A stretch of 63,183 nt of DNA, counting the filler, from Thermodesulfobacteriota bacterium (GTDB lineage Bacteria > DASVDK01): the NCBI GenBank assembly GCA_036381125.1. It is 7 parts of 7 records of this genome, joined end to end, with 100 filler letters (N's around TTAATTAATTAA, not from the genome) between each part and the next. Parts side by side here need not be neighbours in the genome. Positions count along the whole stretch, not along the records: positions 33,247 to 43,549 come from DASVDK010000260.1; positions 43,650 to 50,412 come from DASVDK010000261.1; 5 more parts are not named here. One strand, written 5' to 3'. Below the pieces are notes generated by a model that was given only the letters and a program-made list of their open reading frames with translations, ran no database searches and was not told the origin of the DNA. Positions 39,456-48,322 of this stretch are shown here, piece after piece. Position 1 is the stretch's first letter. Each line of letters begins with the position of its first letter. Position numbers and translations under genes: made by a program.

Positions 39456-40364
39456 TCAGAACCAGAACTTGAGCCCGGCCTGGAAGGTCGTCTGGTCCGG
39501 GAAGCTCACGTCGAGGTTGAGCCCGATCCGCCGGGCGGGGTCGAAGTAGATGTCGATGCCGACGAAGCCTCCCACGTTGTCCTCCGCGCGCAGGTCGAAC
39601 TCCGCCGGCGAGATGGAGACGCGCGAGTCGGCCTCGGCGTCGGAATAGCGAATCCCGAGGTAGGGCCGCGTGAGGTAGAAGCGCCACGACAGGCCGACCC
39701 GCCCCTCCCACTCCCGCCAGTCGAAGGTCTGATCGGCCGAGACGCAGGTGGGACCGGGCGCCCCGCCGGCGCACCCGTTCGGTGCGGTCTCGAAGAGGAC
39801 GCCCGACGCGTCGCTCTCGAACTGCAGGTAGTGCCCCTCGGCGAAGACCGTGATGTCGTACCACTCCGGGTCGCGGAAGAAGGTAAGCCGCGCGCCGCCG
39901 CCGTACGCCGCGCCGAAGTCGCCGTCGAAGTCGGCGTCCTCGAACGGGCTGTCGAGGTCGGCGATGCCGCCGAGGCCGTAGATCTCGAAGAACGAGGCCG
40001 GGCGGAAGGTGACCTTGGCGAGCAGGCGCGTCGACTCCACGTCGAACGGGAAGCGCACGTCCGACCGGTCCACCTCGCGGTCCATGAACCCCACCAGGAC
40101 CTCGAGGCCGAACGGGCTCGTCTGGTCGCGGGTCGGTCCGGGTGCCGGCGGCCGGTAGGGACCGGTCGCCGGGGGACTCCGCCGGTAGCTCGGCTGCGCC
40201 TGCGCCACGCCGAGGGCGGCCAGCCGGGCGCCGAGGTGGTCCTCCGCGGCGGACGCCGACCCGAGGAGGCCCCCCGGCGCGTCGGGCTCGGCCCAGGCCG
40301 CGGCCGGGAGCGCGAGGAGGGCCGCCAGGCCCGCAACAACGGCAAACAGGCGCAAGCGCGTCAT
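39456..40364 (-). CDS. Outer-membrane beta-barrel protein
   Basis: Signal peptide (AWA), alternating amphipathic strands, C-terminal AGLKFWF beta-signal. Confidence 0.78.
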   Translation of the reverse strand: MTRLRLFAVVAGLAALLALPAAAWAEPDAPGGLLGSASAAEDHLGARLAALGVAQAQPSYRRSPPATGPYRPPAPGPTRDQTSPFGLEVLVGFMDREVDRSDVRFPFDVESTRLLAKVTFRPASFFEIYGLGGIADLDSPFEDADFDGDFGAAYGGGARLTFFRDPEWYDITVFAEGHYLQFESDASGVLFETAPNGCAGGAPGPTCVSADQTFDWREWEGRVGLSWRFYLTRPYLGIRYSDAEADSRVSISPAEFDLRAEDNVGGFVGIDIYFDPARRIGLNLDVSFPDQTTFQAGLKFWF

Positions 40365-40422
40365 GTCCGGTCACCCCCGTCAAGAGACGGCCCGTGCGCC
40401 GCGCCATTCGAGCGGGACGACC

Positions 40423-41289
40423 TCAGGGCCAGCGTCTCCCGACTCGCGCGGCCAGGGCCTCGACCGTGTCCCGGGTCACACCCTCGGTCCCGGGCTCGGC
40501 ACCCTCTCGCTCGGCGCGTCCCTGCGCCGGTCCGTGCCAGTCCGAGCCGCCGGTGGCCACGAGCCCGAGGCGCGCGGCGATGCCGCCATAGTACGTGCGC
40601 AAGCCCTGGTCGTGGGCCGGATGGAACACCTCGAGCCCGACGAGCCCGGCCCGCACGAGGGGCCGGAGGTCCTCCTCGACCAGCGAGTCGCCCGGCGCGA
40701 ACGCCCCCGGGTGCGCCACCACCGGCGCGGCGCCGAACTCGCGCAGGAACCGGATGGCCGCCTCGGGCGGCTCGACCCTGGTCGGGACGTGGGCCGCCCC
40801 CCCGCTGCCGATGTAGCGGGGCGTGAAGGCCTCCTCGACCGTCCGGATGACCCCGGCCCGGACCATCGCCCGCGCGATGTGCGGCCGTCCGACCGCCTCG
40901 CCCGCCGCCTCGCGCAGGACGTCCTCGAACGAGATCGGCACCCCGAGCGCCTGCAGGCGCCGGACCGATTCGCGGGCGGCCGCGGTACGCCCCGCCTGCC
41001 GCTCCGCCAGGCGCTCGCGGAAGACCGGGTCGTCGTACGGCACGAAGAGCCCGAGGACGTGGACGTCGCCGTTCCGCAGCCGCGACGACAGCTCGACGCC
41101 CGGGACGACGACCGGGCCGCCGTCCGCCGCGGCGGCCATTGCCTCGGCCACGCCGCCGACCGAGTCGTGATCCGTGACGGCGACCACGGCGAGGCCTGCC
41201 GCCCGCGCGCGCGCCACGAGCCGCGCCGGACGGTCCGTGCCGTCGGACGCCGTCGTGTGCATGTGCAGGTCGGCCGCAACCCGGAGCAT
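40423..41289 (-). CDS. PHP-domain metallophosphoesterase (TrpH/YciV-like)
   Basis: DLHMHTTASDG, VTDHD, GVELS, HVLG, GRPHIA, AHP, GGSDWHG. Confidence 0.92.
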   Translation of the reverse strand: MLRVAADLHMHTTASDGTDRPARLVARARAAGLAVVAVTDHDSVGGVAEAMAAAADGGPVVVPGVELSSRLRNGDVHVLGLFVPYDDPVFRERLAERQAGRTAAARESVRRLQALGVPISFEDVLREAAGEAVGRPHIARAMVRAGVIRTVEEAFTPRYIGSGGAAHVPTRVEPPEAAIRFLREFGAAPVVAHPGAFAPGDSLVEEDLRPLVRAGLVGLEVFHPAHDQGLRTYYGGIAARLGLVATGGSDWHGPAQGRAEREGAEPGTEGVTRDTVEALAARVGRRWP

Positions 41290-41353
41290 CGCGGCATCGT
41301 AGCTCGGCCGCCGCGTGCTATCCTCCACGTCCTGCCGGAAGGAGCCGCGGGCG

Positions 41354-41626
41354 ATGCGATGGTGGCACGGGCGTATCGAGACGGTCGAGGCCGACGACGC
41401 CGTCCTGGCGGGCGACGACGGCGCCCGCCTGCACGTGCCGGCGGACTGGCTGCCGGCCGGCAGCGAGCCGGGCGACGCCATCGACCTCCAGATGCGCCTG
41501 CGACGCCGGCGCCCGCACCCGGCTCGCGGCGCGGTCGAGCGGCACGCACCCTGGCTCGACACCCTCTCGCTCGTGGCGCTGGCGGTCGGCGTCGCCGCGC
41601 TCGTCTATCACCTGCTCGCCGGCTGA
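41354..41626 (+). CDS. DUF3006-like small protein with C-terminal TM helix
   Basis: IETVEADDAVL..LHVPADWLPAGSEPGDAI, then a hydrophobic tail. Confidence 0.55.
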   Translation: MRWWHGRIETVEADDAVLAGDDGARLHVPADWLPAGSEPGDAIDLQMRLRRRRPHPARGAVERHAPWLDTLSLVALAVGVAALVYHLLAG

Positions 41627-42660
41627 TGTCCGCGGTACCCACAGCACCCAGCGGTCCGCTCGACGCCCTGACCGACGTGGCCGGCCTCTCCGTGGGCCAC
41701 TACGCCGAGGAGGACCTCCTGCGCGGCGTCTCGGTCGTCCTCGCGCCCGAGGGCGCCGTGGCCGGCGTCGACGTCCGCGGGGCGGCCCCCGGCACCCGGG
41801 AGACCGACCTCCTCGGCCCGACGAACCTCGTCGAGCGGGTGCACGCCGTCCTGCTCGCCGGCGGCAGCGTCTTCGGGCTGGCCGCCGCCGAGGGCGTCGT
41901 GGCCTGGCTCGCCGCCAGGGGGTACGGCTTCCCCACCTCGCACGGGCCGGTGCCCATCGTGCCGGCCGCGGTGCTCTACGACCTCGGCGTCTGCGATCCC
42001 GCGCGGCGGCCGACGCCCGCGTGGGGCGCGGCCGCGTGCGACGCCGCGTCGACCGGAGCGGTGGCCTGCGGGTCGGTCGGTGCCGGCCGCGGCGCCACCA
42101 CCGGGAAGCTGCCGGGCGGCCTGCCGCTGCGCGGCGGCCTCGGTACGGCGAGCGTCGTCCTCGGCGGCGCGGTCACCGTGGCGGCGCTCGTGGCGGCGAA
42201 CCCGGCCGGCAACGTCGCCGACCCGGCCACCGGCCGGCTCTACGCCGAGGGCGCGCACCCGGCCGACGTCGCCGACCTCTCCGTCGCCGGCCCGGGCCGA
42301 TCGGCGCTGGAGGGCGCTCCGCCGCCCGTTGCCTCGACGACCATCGGGGTCGTCGCGACCGACCTGCCGCTCACCAAGGCCGAGGCGACCCGGCTGGCCG
42401 TCATGGCGCACGACGGCATCGCGCGGGCGGTGCGCCCCGCGCACACCTGGCTCGACGGCGACACGCTCTTCGCCCTCTCCACCGGCCGCGCCGCGCCGCC
42501 GGCCGGCGCGAGGCGCTCGCACCTCCTCACCGCCATCGGCTCGGCGGCCGCCGACGTCGTCACGCGCGCCATCGCGCGCGCCGTGCGGGCCGCCGACCCG
42601 GCGCCCGGCTGGCCGGCGTGGCGCGAGGTCACCCGCTCGAGCCGGCGCTCGCACGGCTGA
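41626..42660 (+). CDS. P1/S58 family (DmpA-like) Ntn peptidase
   Basis: LTDVAGLSVGH, DVRGAAPGTRETDLL, GGSVFGL, STTIGVVATD, AHDGIARA..PAHT..DGD. Confidence 0.9.
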   Translation: MSAVPTAPSGPLDALTDVAGLSVGHYAEEDLLRGVSVVLAPEGAVAGVDVRGAAPGTRETDLLGPTNLVERVHAVLLAGGSVFGLAAAEGVVAWLAARGYGFPTSHGPVPIVPAAVLYDLGVCDPARRPTPAWGAAACDAASTGAVACGSVGAGRGATTGKLPGGLPLRGGLGTASVVLGGAVTVAALVAANPAGNVADPATGRLYAEGAHPADVADLSVAGPGRSALEGAPPPVASTTIGVVATDLPLTKAEATRLAVMAHDGIARAVRPAHTWLDGDTLFALSTGRAAPPAGARRSHLLTAIGSAAADVVTRAIARAVRAADPAPGWPAWREVTRSSRRSHG

Positions 42661-42708
42661 CGGGGCGACCGCTATACGCGATCGGCCGCGGGCGGTACGC
42701 TCCCGCTC

Positions 42709-42960
42709 GTGTCGCCCGACTTCCTCTACTTCGCGGTGGGCGCGCTGGCCGGGCTCGTCATCGGCGCCGGCCTCGCCCTCCTCGTCACCCGCGTGACGGG
42801 GCTCTTCCGCACGCCGGAGGAGGCGCGCCTCGCGCGCGAGGTAGCGGACCTCAGGAAGCGGCTCGAACGCAAGGACCGGGCGATCGACGACATGCTGCGG
42901 CACGCGGCCGACCTGGCCGGCCGCCTGCCGGCGCCGCCGAAGGAGACACAGGGACGATGA
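42709..42960 (+). CDS. Hypothetical TM + coiled-coil protein
   Basis: N-terminal TM, heptad region; ATGA overlap with the next gene. Confidence 0.6.
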   Translation: MSPDFLYFAVGALAGLVIGAGLALLVTRVTGLFRTPEEARLAREVADLRKRLERKDRAIDDMLRHAADLAGRLPAPPKETQGR

Positions 42961-43283
42961 CACGACGCGAACGGCTCGACGCCACCGGCGGGCTCGTCGG
43001 CGGAGCCGCGGGCTTCGGCGCCGAACTGCTCCTTGAGGAGCTGACCGGGCAGGAGCTGGTGGGGGGGATCCTCGCGCTGCTCGGCGCCGGGTTCGGGATG
43101 CTGCGGATCGACCGTCGCCTCTACGAGGCGACCACGCGGCTCGTCCGCGAGGTGCCGGTCGAGCCGGACGACTCCTACGAGGCGGTGAAGGCGAAGATCG
43201 ACGCCGCCACGACCGACCTGCCCGAGCTGCGCAAGGCCTTCGGCGCGCTGCTCGACGCGGGGCTCCGCGCGAAGCGGGCGTAA
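42957..43283 (+). CDS. Hypothetical membrane protein (Gly-rich hydrophobic hairpin)
   Basis: AAGGAG upstream, coupled start, GGLVGGAAGFG..GGILALLGAGFG. Confidence 0.6.
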   Translation: MTRRERLDATGGLVGGAAGFGAELLLEELTGQELVGGILALLGAGFGMLRIDRRLYEATTRLVREVPVEPDDSYEAVKAKIDAATTDLPELRKAFGALLDAGLRAKRA

Positions 43284-43301
43284 GCCGCCCCGCCCCGCTC
43301 C

Positions 43302-43549
43302 GTGGCCGGCCTGGGCCTCGTCATCCGGGCCCTCCGGCACGGCCTCCTCGCGCCGGCCGAGCGGGCCGGCCTCTTCCCGACGCGCCACTACGTGGGGCTC
43401 GCGCTCGACGCGCTCGAGGCCGACGACCTCGAGGCGGCGGCGCGCGCCATCGAGACCGCCGCGCGGCGGCGCGACGGCGGCCCGCGCCTCGCGCTCGCCC
43501 GCGAGCAGGCGGTCTTCCGCGTCCGGATGGCCGCGCAGGCGCACCGCGG
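43302..43549 (+). CDS. Hypothetical protein (partial)
   Basis: Open frame running to the contig end. Confidence 0.4.
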
Positions 43550-43649
43550 NNNNNNNNNNNNNNNNNNNNNNNNNNNNNNNNNNNNNNNNNNNNTTAATTA
43601 ATTAANNNNNNNNNNNNNNNNNNNNNNNNNNNNNNNNNNNNNNNNNNNN
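43550..43649. other. Artificial contig spacer
   Basis: Same spacer. Confidence 0.98.
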
Positions 43650-43860
43650 CCACGGTGAGGTCGGGGAAGACCATGTGACGCTGCGCGACGAAGGCGATGC
43701 CGAGGCGGACCAGCTCGTGCGTGGCCGCGCGGGTGAGGTCGCGGCCGTCGTGTTCGATCCGGCCCCGGTGCGGGCGGAGCTTGCCGACGACGCACCGGAG
43801 GAGCGTCGACTTCCCGGCGCCGTTGGCGCCGATGATGGTCGTGAGGAGGCGGGGCGGGCG
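43650..43860 (-). pseudogene. LivF-like ABC ATPase fragment with no clear start
   Basis: IIGANGAGKSTLL..GIAFVAQRHMVFPDLTV; upstream sequence is degenerate and runs into a palindrome. Confidence 0.6.
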
Positions 43861-43907
43861 GACGAGGCGGACCGGCCGACGGACGCCGCCGCCCGCGCGT
43901 CCGTGAA

Positions 43908-43954
43908 GGCTTTGACATTTCCCCTTCTCGATGGAAACGTCAAGCCCTGACCGC
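43908..43954. repeat. Imperfect palindrome resembling the REP-like elements
   Basis: GGCTTTGACATTTCC..GGAAACGTCAAGCC followed by CTGACCGC. Confidence 0.45.
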
Positions 43955-44049
43955 AGACGGGTGGGTCGATGCCACCATGGCGGAGGTCCTGGTGGACGGG
44001 CCCAAGGGGAGTTCGCGTGTTGCCGGACGGTGCTGTGGAGCGAGGCGAG

Positions 44050-44886
44050 ATGGAGAGGGTCGAGATACGGCTCGTCGACAGCGTGACACGACTCGACGAG
44101 GGCTACCGGGGCATGGTGGTCGTCAGCGGGTCGCACGGCGGGGGCTATGCTGCGTATATCGCCGCGCTCGGCGGGGTCCGCGGAGTCGTCTTCAACGACG
44201 CCGGCGTCGGCAAGGAGGGGGCCGGCGTCGCGGGGCTCGGCGACCTCGACGCCCTCGGGATCGCCGCCGCGGCGGTGGACCACCGGTCGGCCCGGATCGG
44301 CGACGCCGCCGACGCGATCTCGAACGGCCGGATCAGTCACGTCAACCGTACGGCGGCCGCCCTCGGGTGCACCGTCGGGCAGTCGTGCCGCGACTGCGCG
44401 GAGCGGATGACGCGGGCCCCCGGCGGTCGGACCGCGCCGATCCCGCGCAGCGAGAGCCGGGTGCTGCTGCGGAGCGATCCCGGCGAACCGATGGTCTGGG
44501 GCCTCGACTCGGCCTCGCTGGTCCGGCCGGAAGACGCGGGGCAGATCGTCGTCACCGGCTCCCACGGCGGGCTCCTCGGCGGCCGGCCGGAGACGGCGTT
44601 GCGCGTCGACGCGCTTGCCGCCGTCTACAACGACGCGGGCGTCGGGGCCGGGCGGGCGGGCGTGAGCCGCCTGCCCGCGCTCGACGCCCGCGGCATCGCG
44701 GCCGCGACGGTCGCCGCGGAGAGCGCGCGCATCGGGGACGCGCGCTCGACCTACGTCGACGGCCGGATCAGCCACGTGAATCGGACGGCCGCGGAGGCCG
44801 GCGCCGCGCCCGGCATGCGCTGCACCGAGTTCGTCGGCCTCTTCCTCGCGCACCGGCCGGGGCTCCCCCGCAGGCCTCTGGCCTGA
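44050..44886 (+). CDS. Uncharacterised protein made of two tandem homologous domains
   Basis: Both halves carry DS..GSHGG..NDAGVG..SARIGDA..GRISHVNRTAA. Confidence 0.85.
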   Translation: MERVEIRLVDSVTRLDEGYRGMVVVSGSHGGGYAAYIAALGGVRGVVFNDAGVGKEGAGVAGLGDLDALGIAAAAVDHRSARIGDAADAISNGRISHVNRTAAALGCTVGQSCRDCAERMTRAPGGRTAPIPRSESRVLLRSDPGEPMVWGLDSASLVRPEDAGQIVVTGSHGGLLGGRPETALRVDALAAVYNDAGVGAGRAGVSRLPALDARGIAAATVAAESARIGDARSTYVDGRISHVNRTAAEAGAAPGMRCTEFVGLFLAHRPGLPRRPLA

Positions 44887-44919
44887 GAGCCGGCTCCGAG
44901 GCGGACGGGGGAGGTCGCC

Positions 44920-45708
44920 ATGGGCAAGGTACCCACCGGCGGCGAGCCGGCGGCGCCGCCGACCGGGGCCCAGAGCATACGGCGCGCCGTGGCCATCATG
45001 CGCGCGATCGCCGCAGCGGGGACGTCCGGGGCGCGCCTCACCGACCTCGCCGCGGAGATCGGCCTGCACGTCGCCACCGCGCACCGGCTCCTCGGCGCGC
45101 TTGCGCGCGAAGGGCTGGTCGAGCAGGACCCGGCGTCGAAGCTCTACCGCTTCGGCCCGGGGCTCTTCTCGCTGAGTGCGGCCGCCAGGCGGCCGCTCTC
45201 GATCCAGGAGCACTTCCGTTCCGCCCTGGTCCGCCTCGCCGAGGAGACGGAGGACACCGTCTATCTGTCGATCCGCTCCGGCGCCGAGGCCATCTGCTTG
45301 GCGCGGAAGGAGGGTGCCTTCCCGATCCGGACCCTGACGCTCGAGGTCGGCAGCCGCCGCCCGCTCGGCGTGGGGGCCGGGAGCCTCGCGCTCCTGGCCT
45401 TCCTCCCGGACGACGAGGTCGAGCGTGTCATCCGGACGAACGGGCGGGCATACACGGCGTTCGGCGTGCGGTCCGAGGACATCCGCGCCTTCGTCGCGAC
45501 GTCCCGTCGGCTCGGCTATGCGCTCAACGACGACCGGATCCTCCGCGGGATGAGCGCGGTGGGGCTTCCCGCCCGGACCATCGCCGGCCGCGTCGTCGCC
45601 GCCGTCAGCGTGGCGGCCATCAACGCACGCATGCGGCCGCCGCGGCGGGAGTGGATCGTGGAGCGGGTCCGAGCGGAGGTCGACCGCCTGACGCCGCTGC
45701 CCGAGTAG
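44920..45708 (+). CDS. IclR-family transcriptional regulator
   Basis: QSIRRAVAI HTH, RRPLGVGAGSLALLA, GYALND..AVG. Confidence 0.93.
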   Translation: MGKVPTGGEPAAPPTGAQSIRRAVAIMRAIAAAGTSGARLTDLAAEIGLHVATAHRLLGALAREGLVEQDPASKLYRFGPGLFSLSAAARRPLSIQEHFRSALVRLAEETEDTVYLSIRSGAEAICLARKEGAFPIRTLTLEVGSRRPLGVGAGSLALLAFLPDDEVERVIRTNGRAYTAFGVRSEDIRAFVATSRRLGYALNDDRILRGMSAVGLPARTIAGRVVAAVSVAAINARMRPPRREWIVERVRAEVDRLTPLPE

Positions 45709-45755
45709 AGAGGCGGCCGGGGATGCGGTTGCCGGCCGCTTCAGAAAGAGATAGT

Positions 45756-45795
45756 CTTATCGATAAGCGTAAGTCGATTATCACATCGTGAAAAT
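45756..45795. promoter_or_regulatory. Palindromic operator candidates upstream of the ThDP enzyme
   Basis: CTTATCGATAAG (perfect, 45756-45767) and ATTATCAC-ATC-GTGAAAAT (45777-45795) in an AT-rich patch. Confidence 0.55.
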
Positions 45796-45858
45796 CCTCC
45801 GGTAGGGGCGGAGGCCGTACGGGAGGCGGAGCGGGTGGGATCTGGAGCGACCAGCGCG

Positions 45859-47574
45859 ATGGCGGGAGGGCGTGCGCTCGCCGAGATGATTCGGTTGCAC
45901 GGAGCCGGTCCGCTCTTCGGGATGGGCGGCTTCCAGCTGCTCCCGTTCTACGAGGCCGCGCGGGAGCTCGGGCTCCGGCACTACCTGATCAACGACGAGC
46001 GGTGCGGCGCGTTCGCGGCGGACGCATGGGCCAGAGTGACCGGGCGTCCCGGCATCTGCGACGGTACCCTTGGCCCGGGCGCGACCAACCTCGTCACCGG
46101 CCTCGTCGAGTCGCTCAACGCGGGCATCCCGGTCATCGCGCTGACCGGCGACGCGCACCGGCTCCACGCCGGGAAGAACATGACCCAGGAGGCCCGGCAA
46201 CTCGAGATCCTGCGGCCCGCGGTCAAGGAAGTCCTCCGGATCGAGCATCCCGCGCGGATCCCCGAGACGGTCCGCCGGGCCTTCCGCGTGGCCACCTCGG
46301 GCCGGCCCGGGCCGGTCGTCGTCGACGTGCCGGAGGACATCGCTCACGGCGTGTACGACTTCCCTGCGGCGGACTTCCGCGCGGACGGCTCCGCCACGCG
46401 CGTGCCGGCGCAGCGCTCCGCCCCGGCCCGTGCCGACCTCGAGGCGGCCGCCGCGCTCCTGCTCCAGTCGTCACGGCCCCTGATCCTCGCCGGAGGGGGG
46501 GTCCACCTGTCCGGCGCGCACGAGGCCCTGCGGGCTTTCGCCGAGCTCCTCGCAGCGCCGGTCGCCCACACGCTGAGCGGCAAGGGGAGCCTGGCCTGCG
46601 TCCACCCGCTCTCCGTCGGCCTCTTCGGCCGCTACTCACGATTCGCCAACGAGCTGATCGCGAAGGCGGACTGCCTCGTCGCGATCGGCTGCAAGCTCGG
46701 GGAGATCGCGACCCGCCGCTACGACGTCGTGCCCGCGGATGTCCCGCTCGTCCACATCGACATCCTGCCGGAGGAGTTCGGCCGGACCACACCGGTCCGC
46801 CTGGCGCTCCAGGGCGACGCCGAGGAGACGCTGAGCCGGCTCTCGGACGCCCTGCGCGCGCAGGCCGGAGGCCGGCTGCCGGCGCGGCGCCCGGAGCTCG
46901 AGGCGGAAGTCGGCAGGCTTCGCGCCGCCTGGCTCGAGCAGGCGCGGCCGCGTCTCACATCGAGCGAGAGGCCGATCAACGTCGCCCGGCTCATGGCGGC
47001 CCTGAACGAGACGGTTCCGGCCGACGGCATCCTCGTCGCCGACGGCGGGTTCGCGGCCCACTGGAGCGGGCTCCTCTACGACACCAGGCAGGGCGGCCGC
47101 ACCTACATCGCCAATCGCGGCTTCGCCTCCATCGGTTACGGGCTGCCCGGCGCCATCGGCGCCCAGCTCGCGGCGCCCGACCGCGCCGTCGTCAGCCTCA
47201 CGGGCGACGCGGGGCTCAACATGACGCTCGGCGAGCTGGAGACGGCGGGCCGCGTGGGGACGCCGATCGTCCTCGTCGTGATCAACAACGCCGCGTCGGG
47301 CTACGTCAAGGCGCTTCAGCACGCCATGTACGGCGGCCGCTACCAGTCGAGTGACCTGCGCGAGATGAACTACGCACGTATCGCCGAGGATATGGGGTGC
47401 CGCGGGATCCGGGTGACCGAGCCCGCCGACCTCGCCGGGGCGCTCCGTGACGCGATGGCGGCGCGCGAACGGCCGACCGTGGTGGACGTGGTCGTCACCC
47501 GTGACCCGGCGCAGATGCTCCCGGCGGCCGACAGCCGGGCCGTGCAGGTCCGGCCAGGGGATCGCCCCGCGTGA
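45859..47574 (+). CDS. Thiamine-diphosphate-dependent enzyme (acetolactate synthase-like fold)
   Basis: NDERCGAF (conserved Glu), GPGATN, GRPGPV, GDAG...INN ThDP motif. Alternative GTG start at 45835. Confidence 0.92.
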   Translation: MAGGRALAEMIRLHGAGPLFGMGGFQLLPFYEAARELGLRHYLINDERCGAFAADAWARVTGRPGICDGTLGPGATNLVTGLVESLNAGIPVIALTGDAHRLHAGKNMTQEARQLEILRPAVKEVLRIEHPARIPETVRRAFRVATSGRPGPVVVDVPEDIAHGVYDFPAADFRADGSATRVPAQRSAPARADLEAAAALLLQSSRPLILAGGGVHLSGAHEALRAFAELLAAPVAHTLSGKGSLACVHPLSVGLFGRYSRFANELIAKADCLVAIGCKLGEIATRRYDVVPADVPLVHIDILPEEFGRTTPVRLALQGDAEETLSRLSDALRAQAGGRLPARRPELEAEVGRLRAAWLEQARPRLTSSERPINVARLMAALNETVPADGILVADGGFAAHWSGLLYDTRQGGRTYIANRGFASIGYGLPGAIGAQLAAPDRAVVSLTGDAGLNMTLGELETAGRVGTPIVLVVINNAASGYVKALQHAMYGGRYQSSDLREMNYARIAEDMGCRGIRVTEPADLAGALRDAMAARERPTVVDVVVTRDPAQMLPAADSRAVQVRPGDRPA

Positions 47575-48269
47575 CGGCCGCGGCGGCGCTCAAGCGGAAG
47601 CTCGCGTCCGGTGAGACGTTGACGGTCGTCAACGCCGACCACCCCTCGCCGAGTCTCGTGGAGGCGCTCGGCCGGTTGCCGATCGACGCCGTGTTCATCG
47701 ACTGCGAGCAGGGCAGCCCGGACTTCGAGTCGGTCGAGGACATGGCCCGCGCCGCGCGGGCCGTGGGGCTCGCTTCGATCGTCCGGGTGTTCGGCAGAGA
47801 GGATTGGATCATCGAGCGCTTCCTCTTTCGCGGCGTCGACGGGCTCGTGGTGCCGAGGGTCGACTCCGCCGAGGAGGCCAAGCGCGTGGTCGGCGCCGTC
47901 CGCTACTGCTGCTCCGGATCCGACGCGGACAGGCTGCTCGTCGTGCAGGTCGAGAGCGTCGCCGCGGTTCGCGACCTCGACCGGCTCCTCGCGGTCGAGG
48001 GGATCGACGTCTTCTTCGTGGGGCCGGTCGACCTCGCCAGGAGCATGGGCCACGGCGGCGCATACCACCGCCCGGAGGTACAGGCCGAGATCGACCGGGT
48101 GATCGCGGCCGTCCGCGGCGCGTCACGCGCGGCCGGGATGCTCGTCGGCCGCGAGGACGTCGAGCGCTACCGGCGTGCGGGCGTGCAGTTCCTGTACGTC
48201 CACGCGAACGCCTTCCTCGCCTGGGGCGCCGAGGCCTTTGCGTCGACGCTCCGGCAGGCCGCCACGTGA
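47571..48269 (+). CDS. HpcH/HpaI aldolase-fold protein (atypical active site)
   Basis: FIDCEQ, IVRV, VVPRV, VQVES, FVGPVDL. GTGA-coupled to the ThDP enzyme. Confidence 0.88.
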   Translation: MTAAAALKRKLASGETLTVVNADHPSPSLVEALGRLPIDAVFIDCEQGSPDFESVEDMARAARAVGLASIVRVFGREDWIIERFLFRGVDGLVVPRVDSAEEAKRVVGAVRYCCSGSDADRLLVVQVESVAAVRDLDRLLAVEGIDVFFVGPVDLARSMGHGGAYHRPEVQAEIDRVIAAVRGASRAAGMLVGREDVERYRRAGVQFLYVHANAFLAWGAEAFASTLRQAAT

Positions 48270-48322
48270 GCCGGCCCGGAGACGATGTCCCGCCTCTCGA
48301 ACGGGCGCAGCAGGAGGACAGT

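Noticed and set aside
45859..47574. Biosynthetic ilvB
   Set aside because: No ilvH/ilvC nearby; the context is catabolic (IclR, aldolase fold, importer).
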